Origin: a bacterium
GTDB lineage: Bacteria; JAAXHH01
Direction of reading: 5' to 3'
Length of the DNA: 64,000 bases
NCBI GenBank assembly: GCA_965200485.1
Contig: CBDAUD010000001.1
Location: 793,102-857,101, forward strand
Shown: positions 33,683-42,844 of the stretch, piece by piece
Layout of the letters: every line of letters starts with the position of its first letter
How positions within the stretch are numbered: position 1 is the stretch's first letter
Translations under genes and position numbers: made by a program
The notes under the pieces: generated by a model
What the model saw: only the letters and a program-made list of their open reading frames with translations
Told to the model about the DNA's origin: nothing
Database searches by the model: none

Positions 33683-36172
33683 ATGGCGATAGAACAACAG
33701 GGTAGCATCCAGTCCGTCCTCATTGAAGACGAGATGAAGAGTTCCTATCTCGACTTCTCCATGAGCGTGAACATGTCCCGGGCGATCCCGGATGTTCGGG
33801 ACGGGTTTAAACCGTCTCAGCGGCGCATTCTCGTGGCGATGCGCGATCTGAACCTCACGCCGGCCCGCCCCACGCGAAAGTGCGCCAAGATCGTCGGCCA
33901 GACCATAGGCGACTACCATCCGCACGGCGACCTCGCCGTCTACGAGACCCTCGCACGGATGGCCCAGCCTTTCAGCATGCGCTACCCCATGGTTTTCGGC
34001 CAAGGAAATTTCGGTTCCATCGACGGGGATCCTCCAGGCGCGATGCGATACACGGAATCGAGAATGTCCCGCCTGGCCATCGAGATGATGGAGGACATCG
34101 ACAAGAACACCGTCGATTTCATGCCGAACTACGACGAGTCGAAAGACGAGCCGACGGTGCTTCCGGGCAAGTTTCCCAATCTGCTCTGCAACGGATCCCT
34201 TGGTATCGGCGTCGGCATGGCTTCCAACCTGCCCTCGCACAACCTTGGCGAAGTGGTGGACGGAATTGTGGCCGTGATCGACAACCCGGAAGCAACGATC
34301 GGAGAAATCGCCGGGCATATCAAGGGGCCGGATTTCGCCACGGGCGCGATCATCTACGGCCGCAACGCGATAAACGAGTATTTCCACACGGGACGCGGGA
34401 AGATCAAGGTGCGCGCCCGCACGAAGATCGAGGTGCATGAACAGAGCGAGAGGGAAACCATCGTCGTCACGGAAATCCCCTACAAGGTCAACAAGTCCAG
34501 TCTGATAGAGAAGATCGCCGACCTCGTTCGCGAAAAACACGTGACGGGTATCAGTGACATACGAGACGAATCCGACCGCTCAGGCATGCGCATCGCCATT
34601 GACGTGCGACGGGACATTCCCGGCAACATCGTGCTTAACCACCTTTTCAAGATGACGCCCCTCGAGACCACCATCGGCGTCACCATGCTGGCGCTTGTGG
34701 ATGGCCGGCCGCGCGTCCTGAACATCAAGGAATGTATTCAGCACTTCATCGACCACCGCCACGAAGTACTGGTACGTCGGACGGCCTTCGATCTCGAGAA
34801 AGCGGAACAACGGGCCCATATCGTCGAAGGGCTGCGCGTGGCGCTGGACAACGTGGACCGCGTGATCGAAATCCTCCGCGGGTCGCATACCGGCGAGGAG
34901 GCCATGGAAGCCCTGGTCGGTGAATTCGGGCTGTCGCAGACCCAGGTCGAGGCGATCTTGGACATGCGCCTGCAGCGTCTTACCGGATTGGAAAGAGGCA
35001 AGCTGGAGGAGGAGTACAACGCACTGATCGCGCGGATCTCCGATTTCCGGGACATTCTCTCCCGGCTGGAACGGCGGATGCAAATCATCAAGGAAGAGAT
35101 GATCGATCTCAAGGAGCGCTTCGGAGACGAAAGACGGACCGAGTTGATTGATATTGACGGTGATCTCAGCATTGAGGATCTGATCGCCGACGAGGAGATG
35201 GTGATCACCATCTCGCACGAAGGTTACATCAAACGACTGCCCATAGACACGTACCAGAGTCGCCACCGCGGCGGCAAGGGCATCACCGGCATGAAGACGC
35301 GGGAAACGGACTTCGTGGAGCATCTTTTCTCGGCTTCAACCCATTCCTACATTCTTTTCTTCACGAACCGGGGCAAATGCTACTGGCTCAAGGTGTGGGA
35401 GATTCCGGAAGCCGGCCGCACGGCGCGCGGCAAGGCCATTGTCAACCTGTTGCAGCTCGGCCAGGGGGAAAGCGTCGCGGCCTTTCTCCCGATCAGGGCC
35501 TTCGACGACGAGCACTACATCATGATGGTCACCCGAAACGGCCTCGTAAAGAAGACCGTCCTGTCGGCATACGGGAATCCCCGGCGAAACGGCATCATGG
35601 CGCTGAACATCCTGGAGGGTGACGCCCTTATCGAGGCCCTCCTTACCGATGGCGACAATGACATCGTCATCGCCAGCCGGAACGGCCAGGCCGTTCGTTT
35701 CCATGAGAGCGATGTGCGTGCGATGGGTCGCGGTGCGCAGGGCGTGCGGGGCATCCGGCTCGGGGACGAAGACCGGGTCGTGGGGATGCTGGCTTCGGGG
35801 CGGGACACCACGCTGCTTTCCGTTACCGAAAACGGATACGGCAAGCGGACCAGCATAGAGAACTATCGCCTAACCCGGCGGGCCAGCAAGGGCGTAACCA
35901 ACATCCGTACGAGCGAACGCAACGGTTCCGTGGTATCGATCCATGCGGTCTCCGACGAAGACGAGTTGATGATCATCACCATGAAGGGCCTCATCATTCG
36001 CCTGCCGGTTCGCGAGCTGCGGCCCATCGGTCGCGCTACCCAGGGGGTCCGCCTCATCAATCTGAATGGGGAAGACCGGGTGGTTGACGTGTCCAGGATC
36101 ACGGCGGACGAAGCCAATGCCGAGGGGGATGCTTCCGAATCCGGCGGAACAGACGATGCGGACAAGGCATAA
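33683..36172 (+). CDS. gyrA: DNA gyrase subunit A
   Basis: ORF track 829 aa. AIPDVRDGFKPSQRRIL, GDYHPHGD, AMRYTESRM (catalytic Tyr), and C-terminal beta-pinwheel repeats with an acidic tail. Confidence 0.97.
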   Translation: MAIEQQGSIQSVLIEDEMKSSYLDFSMSVNMSRAIPDVRDGFKPSQRRILVAMRDLNLTPARPTRKCAKIVGQTIGDYHPHGDLAVYETLARMAQPFSMRYPMVFGQGNFGSIDGDPPGAMRYTESRMSRLAIEMMEDIDKNTVDFMPNYDESKDEPTVLPGKFPNLLCNGSLGIGVGMASNLPSHNLGEVVDGIVAVIDNPEATIGEIAGHIKGPDFATGAIIYGRNAINEYFHTGRGKIKVRARTKIEVHEQSERETIVVTEIPYKVNKSSLIEKIADLVREKHVTGISDIRDESDRSGMRIAIDVRRDIPGNIVLNHLFKMTPLETTIGVTMLALVDGRPRVLNIKECIQHFIDHRHEVLVRRTAFDLEKAEQRAHIVEGLRVALDNVDRVIEILRGSHTGEEAMEALVGEFGLSQTQVEAILDMRLQRLTGLERGKLEEEYNALIARISDFRDILSRLERRMQIIKEEMIDLKERFGDERRTELIDIDGDLSIEDLIADEEMVITISHEGYIKRLPIDTYQSRHRGGKGITGMKTRETDFVEHLFSASTHSYILFFTNRGKCYWLKVWEIPEAGRTARGKAIVNLLQLGQGESVAAFLPIRAFDDEHYIMMVTRNGLVKKTVLSAYGNPRRNGIMALNILEGDALIEALLTDGDNDIVIASRNGQAVRFHESDVRAMGRGAQGVRGIRLGDEDRVVGMLASGRDTTLLSVTENGYGKRTSIENYRLTRRASKGVTNIRTSERNGSVVSIHAVSDEDELMIITMKGLIIRLPVRELRPIGRATQGVRLINLNGEDRVVDVSRITADEANAEGDASESGGTDDADKA

Positions 36173-36179
36173 AAACCAC

Positions 36180-36207
36180 TTGACACGCTTGACTTGCGTC
36201 CTATATT
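36180..36207 (+). promoter_or_regulatory. Candidate sigma70-type promoter for lysW
   Basis: TTGACA (36180-36185), a 16-nt spacer, then TATATT (36202-36207), 8 nt after the gyrA stop and about 100 nt before the lysW ATG. Confidence 0.45.
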
Positions 36208-36260
36208 TCGATCGTTCTGAACGTGAAGAAGCAAGGATGTTCCCGATAGGGTGAGAAGGA

Positions 36261-36284
36261 CCTTGAAACCGGTTCGTTTCAAGG
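36261..36284 (+). promoter_or_regulatory. Perfect 9-bp stem hairpin in the lysW 5' leader
   Basis: ccttgaaac-cggttc-gtttcaagg read directly. No U-run follows, so it is not an obvious terminator. Confidence 0.3.
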
Positions 36285-36310
36285 TTGCATCGAGGTAAAC
36301 GAGGAAACGC

Positions 36311-36484
36311 ATGGGACTGATGGCAACCTGCCCTGAATGTGGCGCCTTGATCGACTTGGGAGACGATGTCGTGGAAGGCGAGATCATAGTGTGTGACGAG
36401 TGCGGCGCGGAACTCGAAGTAATCAGCCTCGATCCGCCAAAGCTGGAGCTGGCACCGGAAGAAGAAGAAGACTGGGGAGAGTGA
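36311..36484 (+). CDS. lysW: Amino-group carrier protein LysW
   Basis: Manual translation (57 aa, below the ORF-track cut-off): [57 protein letters not shown]. It has a CxxC...CxxC zinc ribbon and the hallmark C-terminal EDWGE tail. Confidence 0.9.
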   Translation: MGLMATCPECGALIDLGDDVVEGEIIVCDECGAELEVISLDPPKLELAPEEEEDWGE

Positions 36485-36528
36485 GTCCGATTTCGGTCGG
36501 TGGTCTCGGAAACGTACAGGAAACCGCG

Positions 36529-36606
36529 ATGAGCAAACGAATAAAACATAAACATGCATATCATGATTGTGATTTGCGTTCGTTCGCTCATCGCGGCCCG
36601 TACTAA
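36529..36606 (+). promoter_or_regulatory. Candidate 25-codon leader peptide ORF (MSKRIKHKHAYHDCDLRSFAHRGPY), rich in Lys and His codons
   Basis: ATG at 36529 preceded by AGGAAA. AAA Lys codons at positions 3, 6 and 8; CAT His codons at 7, 9, 12 and 21. AT-rich codon choice atypical for this window. It sits about 35 nt upstream of a strong terminator hairpin. Confidence 0.4.
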
Positions 36607-36641
36607 TCGCCACAAGACATAGCCGGGCCATAGGAACTGAC

Positions 36642-36688
36642 AGGAGCCATGTTCCTCTTCCAGAGCGAAGAGGCAGGCTCCTTTTTTT
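36642..36688 (+). terminator. Rho-independent terminator/attenuator between lysW and the ligase genes
   Basis: AGGAGCC-atgtt-CCTCTTC-cagagc-GAAGAGG-ca-GGCTCCT followed by a T run (36683-36688). The lysX-like ATG is only 33 nt downstream. Confidence 0.75.
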
Positions 36689-36721
36689 GTGGTCTCATCG
36701 CCGAGAGGAAGTATCGATACG

Positions 36722-37555
36722 ATGGAAATGGGCATCGTGCTGTCGCGTGTACGCAAAGACGAAAAGCGTCTGATGGCGGAGGCGGGCCGCCGCGGAATCG
36801 ACGTGAGGTTGATCGACAACACCCGGCAGGTGTTCGAACTGGACCGTCGGCATGTCGCGCTCGATGTGGTCTTGGAACGGTGTGTCGATCACCACCGGGC
36901 CGTGTATGCTCTGACCGTATTCGACCGCTGGGGCATTCCCACGGTGAATCGACAGTCCGTGGTGGAGACCTACGGAAATCGCCTGCTGACGACCCTTGCC
37001 TTGCGAGAGAACGGGGTGCCGACGCCGGACGTTCGACTGGCGTATACGCCCAATTCGGCCCTTGACGCCATGGAAGCCATGGGTTATCCCGTGGTGCTGA
37101 GACCCGTAGAGGGCCCGGAGGATCAGCTTGTATCTCGCATGCAGGACAAGTACACCGCGGCCACGATCTTGGACCATAAGCGCATACTCGGCGCCTACCA
37201 TCACTCCATCTTCTTCGTGCAGAAATACATCGAAGCGCCCGGGCACGACATCCGGGCCTATGTGGTCGGCGAAGAAACGGTCGCCGCGGTATCGGTCCTG
37301 ACCCATCACTGGATCGGAACCATCGCCGATGGCGGCCTGATGGAGAAGGAACCCGTAACCGATGAACTGAACGCGCTTGCGGTATCTGCCGTCAGGTCCA
37401 TCGGGGGTGGCGTCGCGGTGGTGGACATGGTCCGCACCGGGGATGCCTGGTTCGTGCAGGAAATAGGGCGTCCGACCGGCCTTTCCGACGCTTCGGACGT
37501 CACGGGGGTCAACATACCAGGCAAGATCATGGACTACGTGGTGGACACGGTATAG
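36722..37555 (+). CDS. Divergent RimK/LysX-family ATP-grasp paralog (ArgX-like or degenerate)
   Basis: ORF track 288 aa; ATG at 36722 after GAGGAAG. Clearly homologous to the next gene (MEAMGYPVVLRP, DIRAYVVGEE, GVNIPGKIMDY). However, GSWGRL is replaced by GPEDQL and NEVNYTMEF by QEIGRPTGL. Confidence 0.7.
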   Translation: MEMGIVLSRVRKDEKRLMAEAGRRGIDVRLIDNTRQVFELDRRHVALDVVLERCVDHHRAVYALTVFDRWGIPTVNRQSVVETYGNRLLTTLALRENGVPTPDVRLAYTPNSALDAMEAMGYPVVLRPVEGPEDQLVSRMQDKYTAATILDHKRILGAYHHSIFFVQKYIEAPGHDIRAYVVGEETVAAVSVLTHHWIGTIADGGLMEKEPVTDELNALAVSAVRSIGGGVAVVDMVRTGDAWFVQEIGRPTGLSDASDVTGVNIPGKIMDYVVDTV

Positions 37556-37561
37556 CGGGGG

Positions 37562-38410
37562 ATGGAGCACGTGAAAATCGGCATGTTGTTGTCCGTCGTA
37601 TCCAGGGAGCAGAAAATGCTGTTCGATGCGGCCGCGAAACGCGGACTCGCTTTCGACCGGCTGGACGACCGGCGTATTGTTTTCGATCTGGAAAACCAGG
37701 GGTATGACCATGACGTCATTCTCGAGCGGTGCATCAATCATTCCAGAGCGCTCTACTCCCTGAAGATGCTGAATGCGGGTGGCGTCAAAACGGTCAACAC
37801 CTACGACGTAGCCCGCGTGTGCGGGAACAAATTCCTGACGACCATGGCCTTGGTGGATCACGAGGTGCCGACGCCGAAGGTCCGCATAGCCTTCACAGCG
37901 GAATCGGCCCTTGCGGAGATGGAGTCCATGGGCTATCCGGTCGTGCTCAAGCCGCCCATAGGCTCGTGGGGCCGACTGATCGCCCGGATCAACGACCGTC
38001 ATGCCGCGGAGGCGGTGTTGGAGCACAAGGAGACCCTCGGATCCTATCACCATTCCGTATTTTACATCCAGGAGTACGTCGAAAAGCCGGGTCGGGATAT
38101 CCGGTCTTTTGTGGTTGACGGCGAAACGATCTGCGCAGTCTACCGCCACTCGGATCACTGGAAAACCAACACCGCACTGGGAGGAACCACGACCAACTGT
38201 CCGGTAGCAGGCGAGGTCGGGGCGCTCTCCTCGCGCGCCGCGGAAGCGGTGGGCGGCGGCGTGCTGGCCGTCGACCTGCTGGAATCGCCGGAAGGGATCC
38301 TGGTCAACGAGGTCAACTATACCATGGAGTTCCGGAACAGTGTCGAGCCTACGGGTGTAGACATTCCCGGGCGAATCATTGATTATCTGATAAAGGTAGC
38401 CCGATCATGA
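37562..38410 (+). CDS. lysX: Alpha-aminoadipate--LysW ligase LysX (RimK-family ATP-grasp)
   Basis: ORF track 282 aa. Close to my recollection of Thermus LysX: [66 protein letters not shown]. Confidence 0.85.
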   Translation: MEHVKIGMLLSVVSREQKMLFDAAAKRGLAFDRLDDRRIVFDLENQGYDHDVILERCINHSRALYSLKMLNAGGVKTVNTYDVARVCGNKFLTTMALVDHEVPTPKVRIAFTAESALAEMESMGYPVVLKPPIGSWGRLIARINDRHAAEAVLEHKETLGSYHHSVFYIQEYVEKPGRDIRSFVVDGETICAVYRHSDHWKTNTALGGTTTNCPVAGEVGALSSRAAEAVGGGVLAVDLLESPEGILVNEVNYTMEFRNSVEPTGVDIPGRIIDYLIKVARS

Positions 38411-39450
38411 TCAAGGTGTCGATCGCAGGTGCGTCCGGGTACGGCGGCGGGGAACTGTTGCGGCTGCTGATGTTCCACCCGGAAATCGAGATCCAGCAGG
38501 TGACGTCCGAATCGCTCGCAGGCAAGCCGGTGGGGCGATCCCATCCGAACCTGCGCCGGGTCACGGACCTGAAGTTCAGTTCCATGGCCGAGCTCGAACC
38601 CTGCGACGTGCTGTGCCTGTGCCTCCCCCACGGAGAGGCCATGAAAAGGTGGGATGCGCTCTCCGGCCTGGCCGGTCGCATCATCGACCTGAGCGCCGAT
38701 TTCCGCCTGCGCAACCCCGAGGACTACCCTGCCTGGTACGGCTACGAACACACGCACCCGGAAACGCTGGGGCAATTCGTTTACGGTCTGGCTGAGCTAT
38801 ACCGGGACGAAATCAGGGAGACCAGGTTCGTCGCCTGCACCGGATGTCTGGCGGCCACGGCGATCCTGTCCTTGGCGCCGCTGGTCAAGGCCGGTGTCGT
38901 CGATACCACGCGCCTCGTGGTGGAAGGGAAGATCGGATCCTCCGCGGCGGGGAACCGGGCGGACCGGTCCACGCACCACCCGGATCGAAGCGGGGCAGTA
39001 CGCTCCTTCAAACCCACGGGCCATCGCCACACGGCGGAGATCGTGCAGGAGCTCACCTTCAGCGGGCAGACACCGGGGGTCCACTTCTCCGCGACGGCCA
39101 TCGAACTCGTGCGCGGCATCCTGATGACCACGCACGCTTTTGCATCCGAAAACCTGTCTGAAAGAGATATCTGGAGTATCTACAGGGCGGCCTATGGACG
39201 CGAACCCTTCATTCGCGTCATCAAGGAGCGCCAGGGCGTGTTCCGGTACCCCGATCCCAAGTTTCTCGCCGGAACCAACTACTGCGATATCGGATTCGAG
39301 CGGGACACGCACAGCGAACGAATTGTGGTCATGGGCGCGCTGGACAACCTGGTGAAAGGCGCCGCCGGCCAAGCCGTGCAGGCGCTCAACATCATGTACG
39401 GATGGGACGAGCGCACCGCGCTGGCGTTTCCGGGTCTGCATCCGGTATAG
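38407..39450 (+). CDS. lysY: [LysW]-aminoadipyl/glutamyl-phosphate reductase (LysY; ArgC family)
   Basis: ORF track 347 aa. ATGA overlap with lysX. N-terminal [14 protein letters not shown] and a catalytic Cys context ACTGCLATA. Cluster context. Confidence 0.85.
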   Translation: MIKVSIAGASGYGGGELLRLLMFHPEIEIQQVTSESLAGKPVGRSHPNLRRVTDLKFSSMAELEPCDVLCLCLPHGEAMKRWDALSGLAGRIIDLSADFRLRNPEDYPAWYGYEHTHPETLGQFVYGLAELYRDEIRETRFVACTGCLAATAILSLAPLVKAGVVDTTRLVVEGKIGSSAAGNRADRSTHHPDRSGAVRSFKPTGHRHTAEIVQELTFSGQTPGVHFSATAIELVRGILMTTHAFASENLSERDIWSIYRAAYGREPFIRVIKERQGVFRYPDPKFLAGTNYCDIGFERDTHSERIVVMGALDNLVKGAAGQAVQALNIMYGWDERTALAFPGLHPV

Positions 39451-39460
39451 GATAGAAGCA

Positions 39461-40723
39461 ATGAACTACAAAGCCCCCAGAGGCACCTATGATATCTTAC
39501 CGGAGGACCAGGCTTACTGGCGGCACGTGACCGAGACGACGCGTCGAGTCTGCGAGTTGTACGGCTATGAACAGATCGATGTGCCCGTGTTTGAGCAGGC
39601 CGGCCTCTTCGAGCGGAGCGTCGGCGAATCGACGGATATCGTGGAAAAGGAGATGTACACTTTTTTGGATCGCAGCGATGAGCGCATGACGCTGCGCCCC
39701 GAATTCACGGCGGGAATCTGTAGGGCCTACGCCGAGCGCAAGCTCCATGGCAGGCCGCAGCCCCTGCGGCTGTTCACGATCGGGCCGGCTTTCCGCTACG
39801 AACGTCCGCAGGCCGGCCGGTACCGCCAATTCCACCAGATCGACGTGGAGGTATTGGGCAGCCGGGACCCGGGCGTCGACCTCGAGGTGATGCAGGTCGC
39901 CTGGCAGATCTACGAGGACATAGGCATCAGCGGACTCTCCTTCCAGGTGAACAGCACGGGTTGTCCGAAGTGCCGACCGGAATACCTCGACACGTTGCGT
40001 TCGTGGTACGCGCGCCGTCTGGACGAGATCTGCGGAGACTGTGCCCGTCGTTACGAAAAGAACCTGCTGCGGTTGCTCGACTGCAAAAACGAAACCTGCA
40101 GAACGATCATGAACGACGCGCCGCGCATTGCGAACGCGCTGTGCGACGAATGCGGCGACCACTTCGGTCTGTTGCGGGGCTACCTGGACGCTCTGGGCAG
40201 GCCCTACGAGGTCAACCACCGGCTGGTCAGGGGGTTCGACTATTATACCAAGACCGTGTTCGAGGTCTGGGCCGAGGGAATCGGGGCACAGAATGCGGTA
40301 TGTGGCGGTGGGCGGTACGACGGCCTGATCGGGATGGTCGGCGGGCCTGAAACCCCCGCGATCGGATTCGCATCCGGCATTGAGCGCATCATACTCACCA
40401 TGAAGCAGGAGGGCATCGAACCTCCGGATACGCCGAAGCCGTCGGTATTCGTAGCCTACCTCGGCGCCGAGGCCAAGGAAAGCGCCGTGGTCCTTGCCCA
40501 GGCGCTTCGAACCGCCGGCATCCGAACGGCCGCTCTGTGGGAAGACCGCAGCCTGAAGGCCCAGATGAAGCAGGCCGACCGAATCGGCGTCGACTTCGCC
40601 CTGATCATCGGGGAGGACGAGGTGAGGAACGATGCCGTCATGCTGCGGCGTATGGTGGACAGTACGCAGACATCCGTGCCGCGGCTGGAGATCGTCGCCG
40701 CGGTAAAAAGGGGAGAAAAGTAA
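39461..40723 (+). CDS. hisS: Histidine--tRNA ligase
   Basis: ORF track 420 aa. Class II motifs LRPEFTAGICRAY, FRYERPQAGRYRQFHQ, GGGRYDGLI, and a C-terminal anticodon-binding domain. Confidence 0.95.
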   Translation: MNYKAPRGTYDILPEDQAYWRHVTETTRRVCELYGYEQIDVPVFEQAGLFERSVGESTDIVEKEMYTFLDRSDERMTLRPEFTAGICRAYAERKLHGRPQPLRLFTIGPAFRYERPQAGRYRQFHQIDVEVLGSRDPGVDLEVMQVAWQIYEDIGISGLSFQVNSTGCPKCRPEYLDTLRSWYARRLDEICGDCARRYEKNLLRLLDCKNETCRTIMNDAPRIANALCDECGDHFGLLRGYLDALGRPYEVNHRLVRGFDYYTKTVFEVWAEGIGAQNAVCGGGRYDGLIGMVGGPETPAIGFASGIERIILTMKQEGIEPPDTPKPSVFVAYLGAEAKESAVVLAQALRTAGIRTAALWEDRSLKAQMKQADRIGVDFALIIGEDEVRNDAVMLRRMVDSTQTSVPRLEIVAAVKRGEK

Positions 40724-41566
40724 ATGCTCGTGGTGAAAACGGGCGGGAGCAGAGGCATCAATCTGGACTATGTCCTTGAGGATCTCGCCCGGCAGACTGA
40801 ACCGTTGGTCCTTGTGCACGGCGCCTCGGACGAACTGAACCGCATCTCGGAGCAGTTGGGCAAACCGCCCCGCATGGTCACCTCGCCGTCGGGATACACG
40901 AGTCGGGTCACCGATCCGGAGACACTGGATATCTTCGCCATGGTGTACTGCGGAAAACGCAATACCCGCATCGTCGAGAGACTGCAGCAACTGGGGGTAA
41001 ACGCCGTCGGATTGAGCGGCGTCGACGGCCGTCTTCTCGAGGGGCGTCGAAAATCCAGGATCCGTATCATTGAGGAAGGCAGGACGAAGGTTCTGCGAGA
41101 CGACTACACCGGTCGGATCGAGCGGGCGAACGTGTCGCTTCTGACCATGCTCCTTGACCAAGGGTACATGCCTGTCGTCAGCCCCCCGGCCATCAGTTAC
41201 GATGGCGAAGCGATCAACGTGGATGGAGACCGTGCGGCCGCCGTGATCGCGGAGGCCCTGGGTGCGGACCGTCTTGTCATACTTTCCAACACCCCCGGCT
41301 TTCTAAAGGACGCGGAGGATGAGGGCACCCTGATTCCCCGGATAAATCCGGATGAAATCGATGAAGCGATCGCGGCCCATGCCAGGGACCGCATGAAGAA
41401 GAAGCTGCTTGGCGCGAAGGAAGCACTGGAGGTCGGCGTGCGCACCGTGATCCTGGGTGACGGCAGAATACCCTTTCCGGTCTCGGCGGCGTTGCGTGGC
41501 GAAGGCACCGTAATCGGCGAACAGGAATCATGCGATTCGGGACCGGGCGGCGGTCAAGCCGGATGA
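40724..41566 (+). CDS. lysZ: [LysW]-aminoadipate kinase (LysZ; acetylglutamate kinase family)
   Basis: ORF track 280 aa. The ATG directly abuts the hisS TAA. MLVVKTGGSRGIN...LVLVHGASDE...MVYCGKRNTRIVERLQ parallels my recollection of Thermus LysZ. Confidence 0.85.
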   Translation: MLVVKTGGSRGINLDYVLEDLARQTEPLVLVHGASDELNRISEQLGKPPRMVTSPSGYTSRVTDPETLDIFAMVYCGKRNTRIVERLQQLGVNAVGLSGVDGRLLEGRRKSRIRIIEEGRTKVLRDDYTGRIERANVSLLTMLLDQGYMPVVSPPAISYDGEAINVDGDRAAAVIAEALGADRLVILSNTPGFLKDAEDEGTLIPRINPDEIDEAIAAHARDRMKKKLLGAKEALEVGVRTVILGDGRIPFPVSAALRGEGTVIGEQESCDSGPGGGQAG

Positions 41567-41593
41567 ACCGGTAGCATCGACTGGAGCGGGGAA

Positions 41594-42844
41594 ATGACAG
41601 ACTATCGGAAAAAGGAAGACCTCGGATCCATGGGGATTCTGCCGAAACGGGATGTGGTGATCGTTCGGGGCCGAGGCACGCGAATCTGGGACGAGCGGGG
41701 GCGCGAATACATCGACTGTATCGGCGGGATCGGCACGGCCAATATCGGTCACTGCCACCCGGCCGTGACGGAAGCGATCGCGCAGCAGGCCCGGCAGCTC
41801 GTGATTTGTCCGGATACTTTCTACAACGACCGGCGCGCCGAATTGGCCGCGGCGCTGACCCGCGCCGCCCCCGAAGGGTTGAACCGGCTATTCCTTTGCA
41901 ACTCCGGTACGGAGGCGGTTGAAGCGGCCCTGAAATTCGCCCGCGCCGCAACCGGCAGACCGGGGATCATCGCGGGTCAGCGGGGATTCCACGGTCGTAC
42001 TTTCGGCGCATTGAGCGCGACTTGGAATCCCAAATATCGCGGTCCCTACGAACCGCTCGTTCCCGGTTTCACCCATGTCAAATACAACGATACGTCGGCC
42101 ATGGAAGAAGCCATCGGGGACGATACCGCCGCGGTAGTCCTGGAGGTGGTGCAGGGCGAAGGCGGCGTGCGTATCGGCGACGGTGATTATCTGCGGCGCG
42201 TGGAAGCCCTTTGCCGGGAAAGGGGCGCTTTGTTCGTCGTGGACGAAGTGCAGACCGGTTTCGGCAGGACAGGAGTCCTGTTTGCCTGTCAGCACCATAG
42301 TCTGCGGCCAGACATACTCTGCGTGGCTAAGGCAATGGCTGGAGGTTTACCCGCAGGCGCGGCGCTCTGCGCCGATTCGGTGCGGGACATCCCCGCCATG
42401 TCCCACGGCAACACCTTCGGCGGCAGTCCGGTTATCTGCGGGGCCGCGCTGGCGACGCTACGCGTGCTGGAGGAAGAGAGGCTCGTCGATAACGCCCGGG
42501 AGCAGGGCGCGTACTTCCGGGATCGCCTCGCTGCACTGGACTTACCCGGCGTCCGGGAGGTCCGGGGCTTGGGTCTGATCATCGGGGTTGAGCTGAAGTC
42601 GCGCGTCACCCCCGTCCTCCGAGGACTCATGGAGCGTGGCGTGATGGCCCTCCCCGCGGGTAACACGGTGCTGCGTTTCCTTCCGCCCCTGTCGATTTCC
42701 CGTGAAGAGATCGATCAGGTGGTCGAGGCCGTGCGCGCGGTGTTGGGATCGCAGGCGAAAAACGCGCCCGTGCGAACAGATCGCAAAGCCGTGAACCGGC
42801 GACGCACCAATCCAGCGCAGGCGGTAGGCCCGGAGGTCGAATGA
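41594..42844 (+). CDS. lysJ: [LysW]-aminoadipate semialdehyde / acetylornithine aminotransferase (LysJ; class III)
   Basis: ORF track 416 aa. CNSGTEAVEAALKFAR, FVVDEVQTGFGRTG, and the PLP Lys context ILCVAKAMAGG. Confidence 0.85.
   Translation: MTDYRKKEDLGSMGILPKRDVVIVRGRGTRIWDERGREYIDCIGGIGTANIGHCHPAVTEAIAQQARQLVICPDTFYNDRRAELAAALTRAAPEGLNRLFLCNSGTEAVEAALKFARAATGRPGIIAGQRGFHGRTFGALSATWNPKYRGPYEPLVPGFTHVKYNDTSAMEEAIGDDTAAVVLEVVQGEGGVRIGDGDYLRRVEALCRERGALFVVDEVQTGFGRTGVLFACQHHSLRPDILCVAKAMAGGLPAGAALCADSVRDIPAMSHGNTFGGSPVICGAALATLRVLEEERLVDNAREQGAYFRDRLAALDLPGVREVRGLGLIIGVELKSRVTPVLRGLMERGVMALPAGNTVLRFLPPLSISREEIDQVVEAVRAVLGSQAKNAPVRTDRKAVNRRRTNPAQAVGPEVE

Noticed and set aside
36649-37065. 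138-aa plus-strand ORF starting inside the terminator hairpin
   Set aside because: It is out of frame with the motif-bearing LysX-like reading frame that starts at 36722, and it begins within the stem-loop/T-run. It is an artefact of ORF calling.
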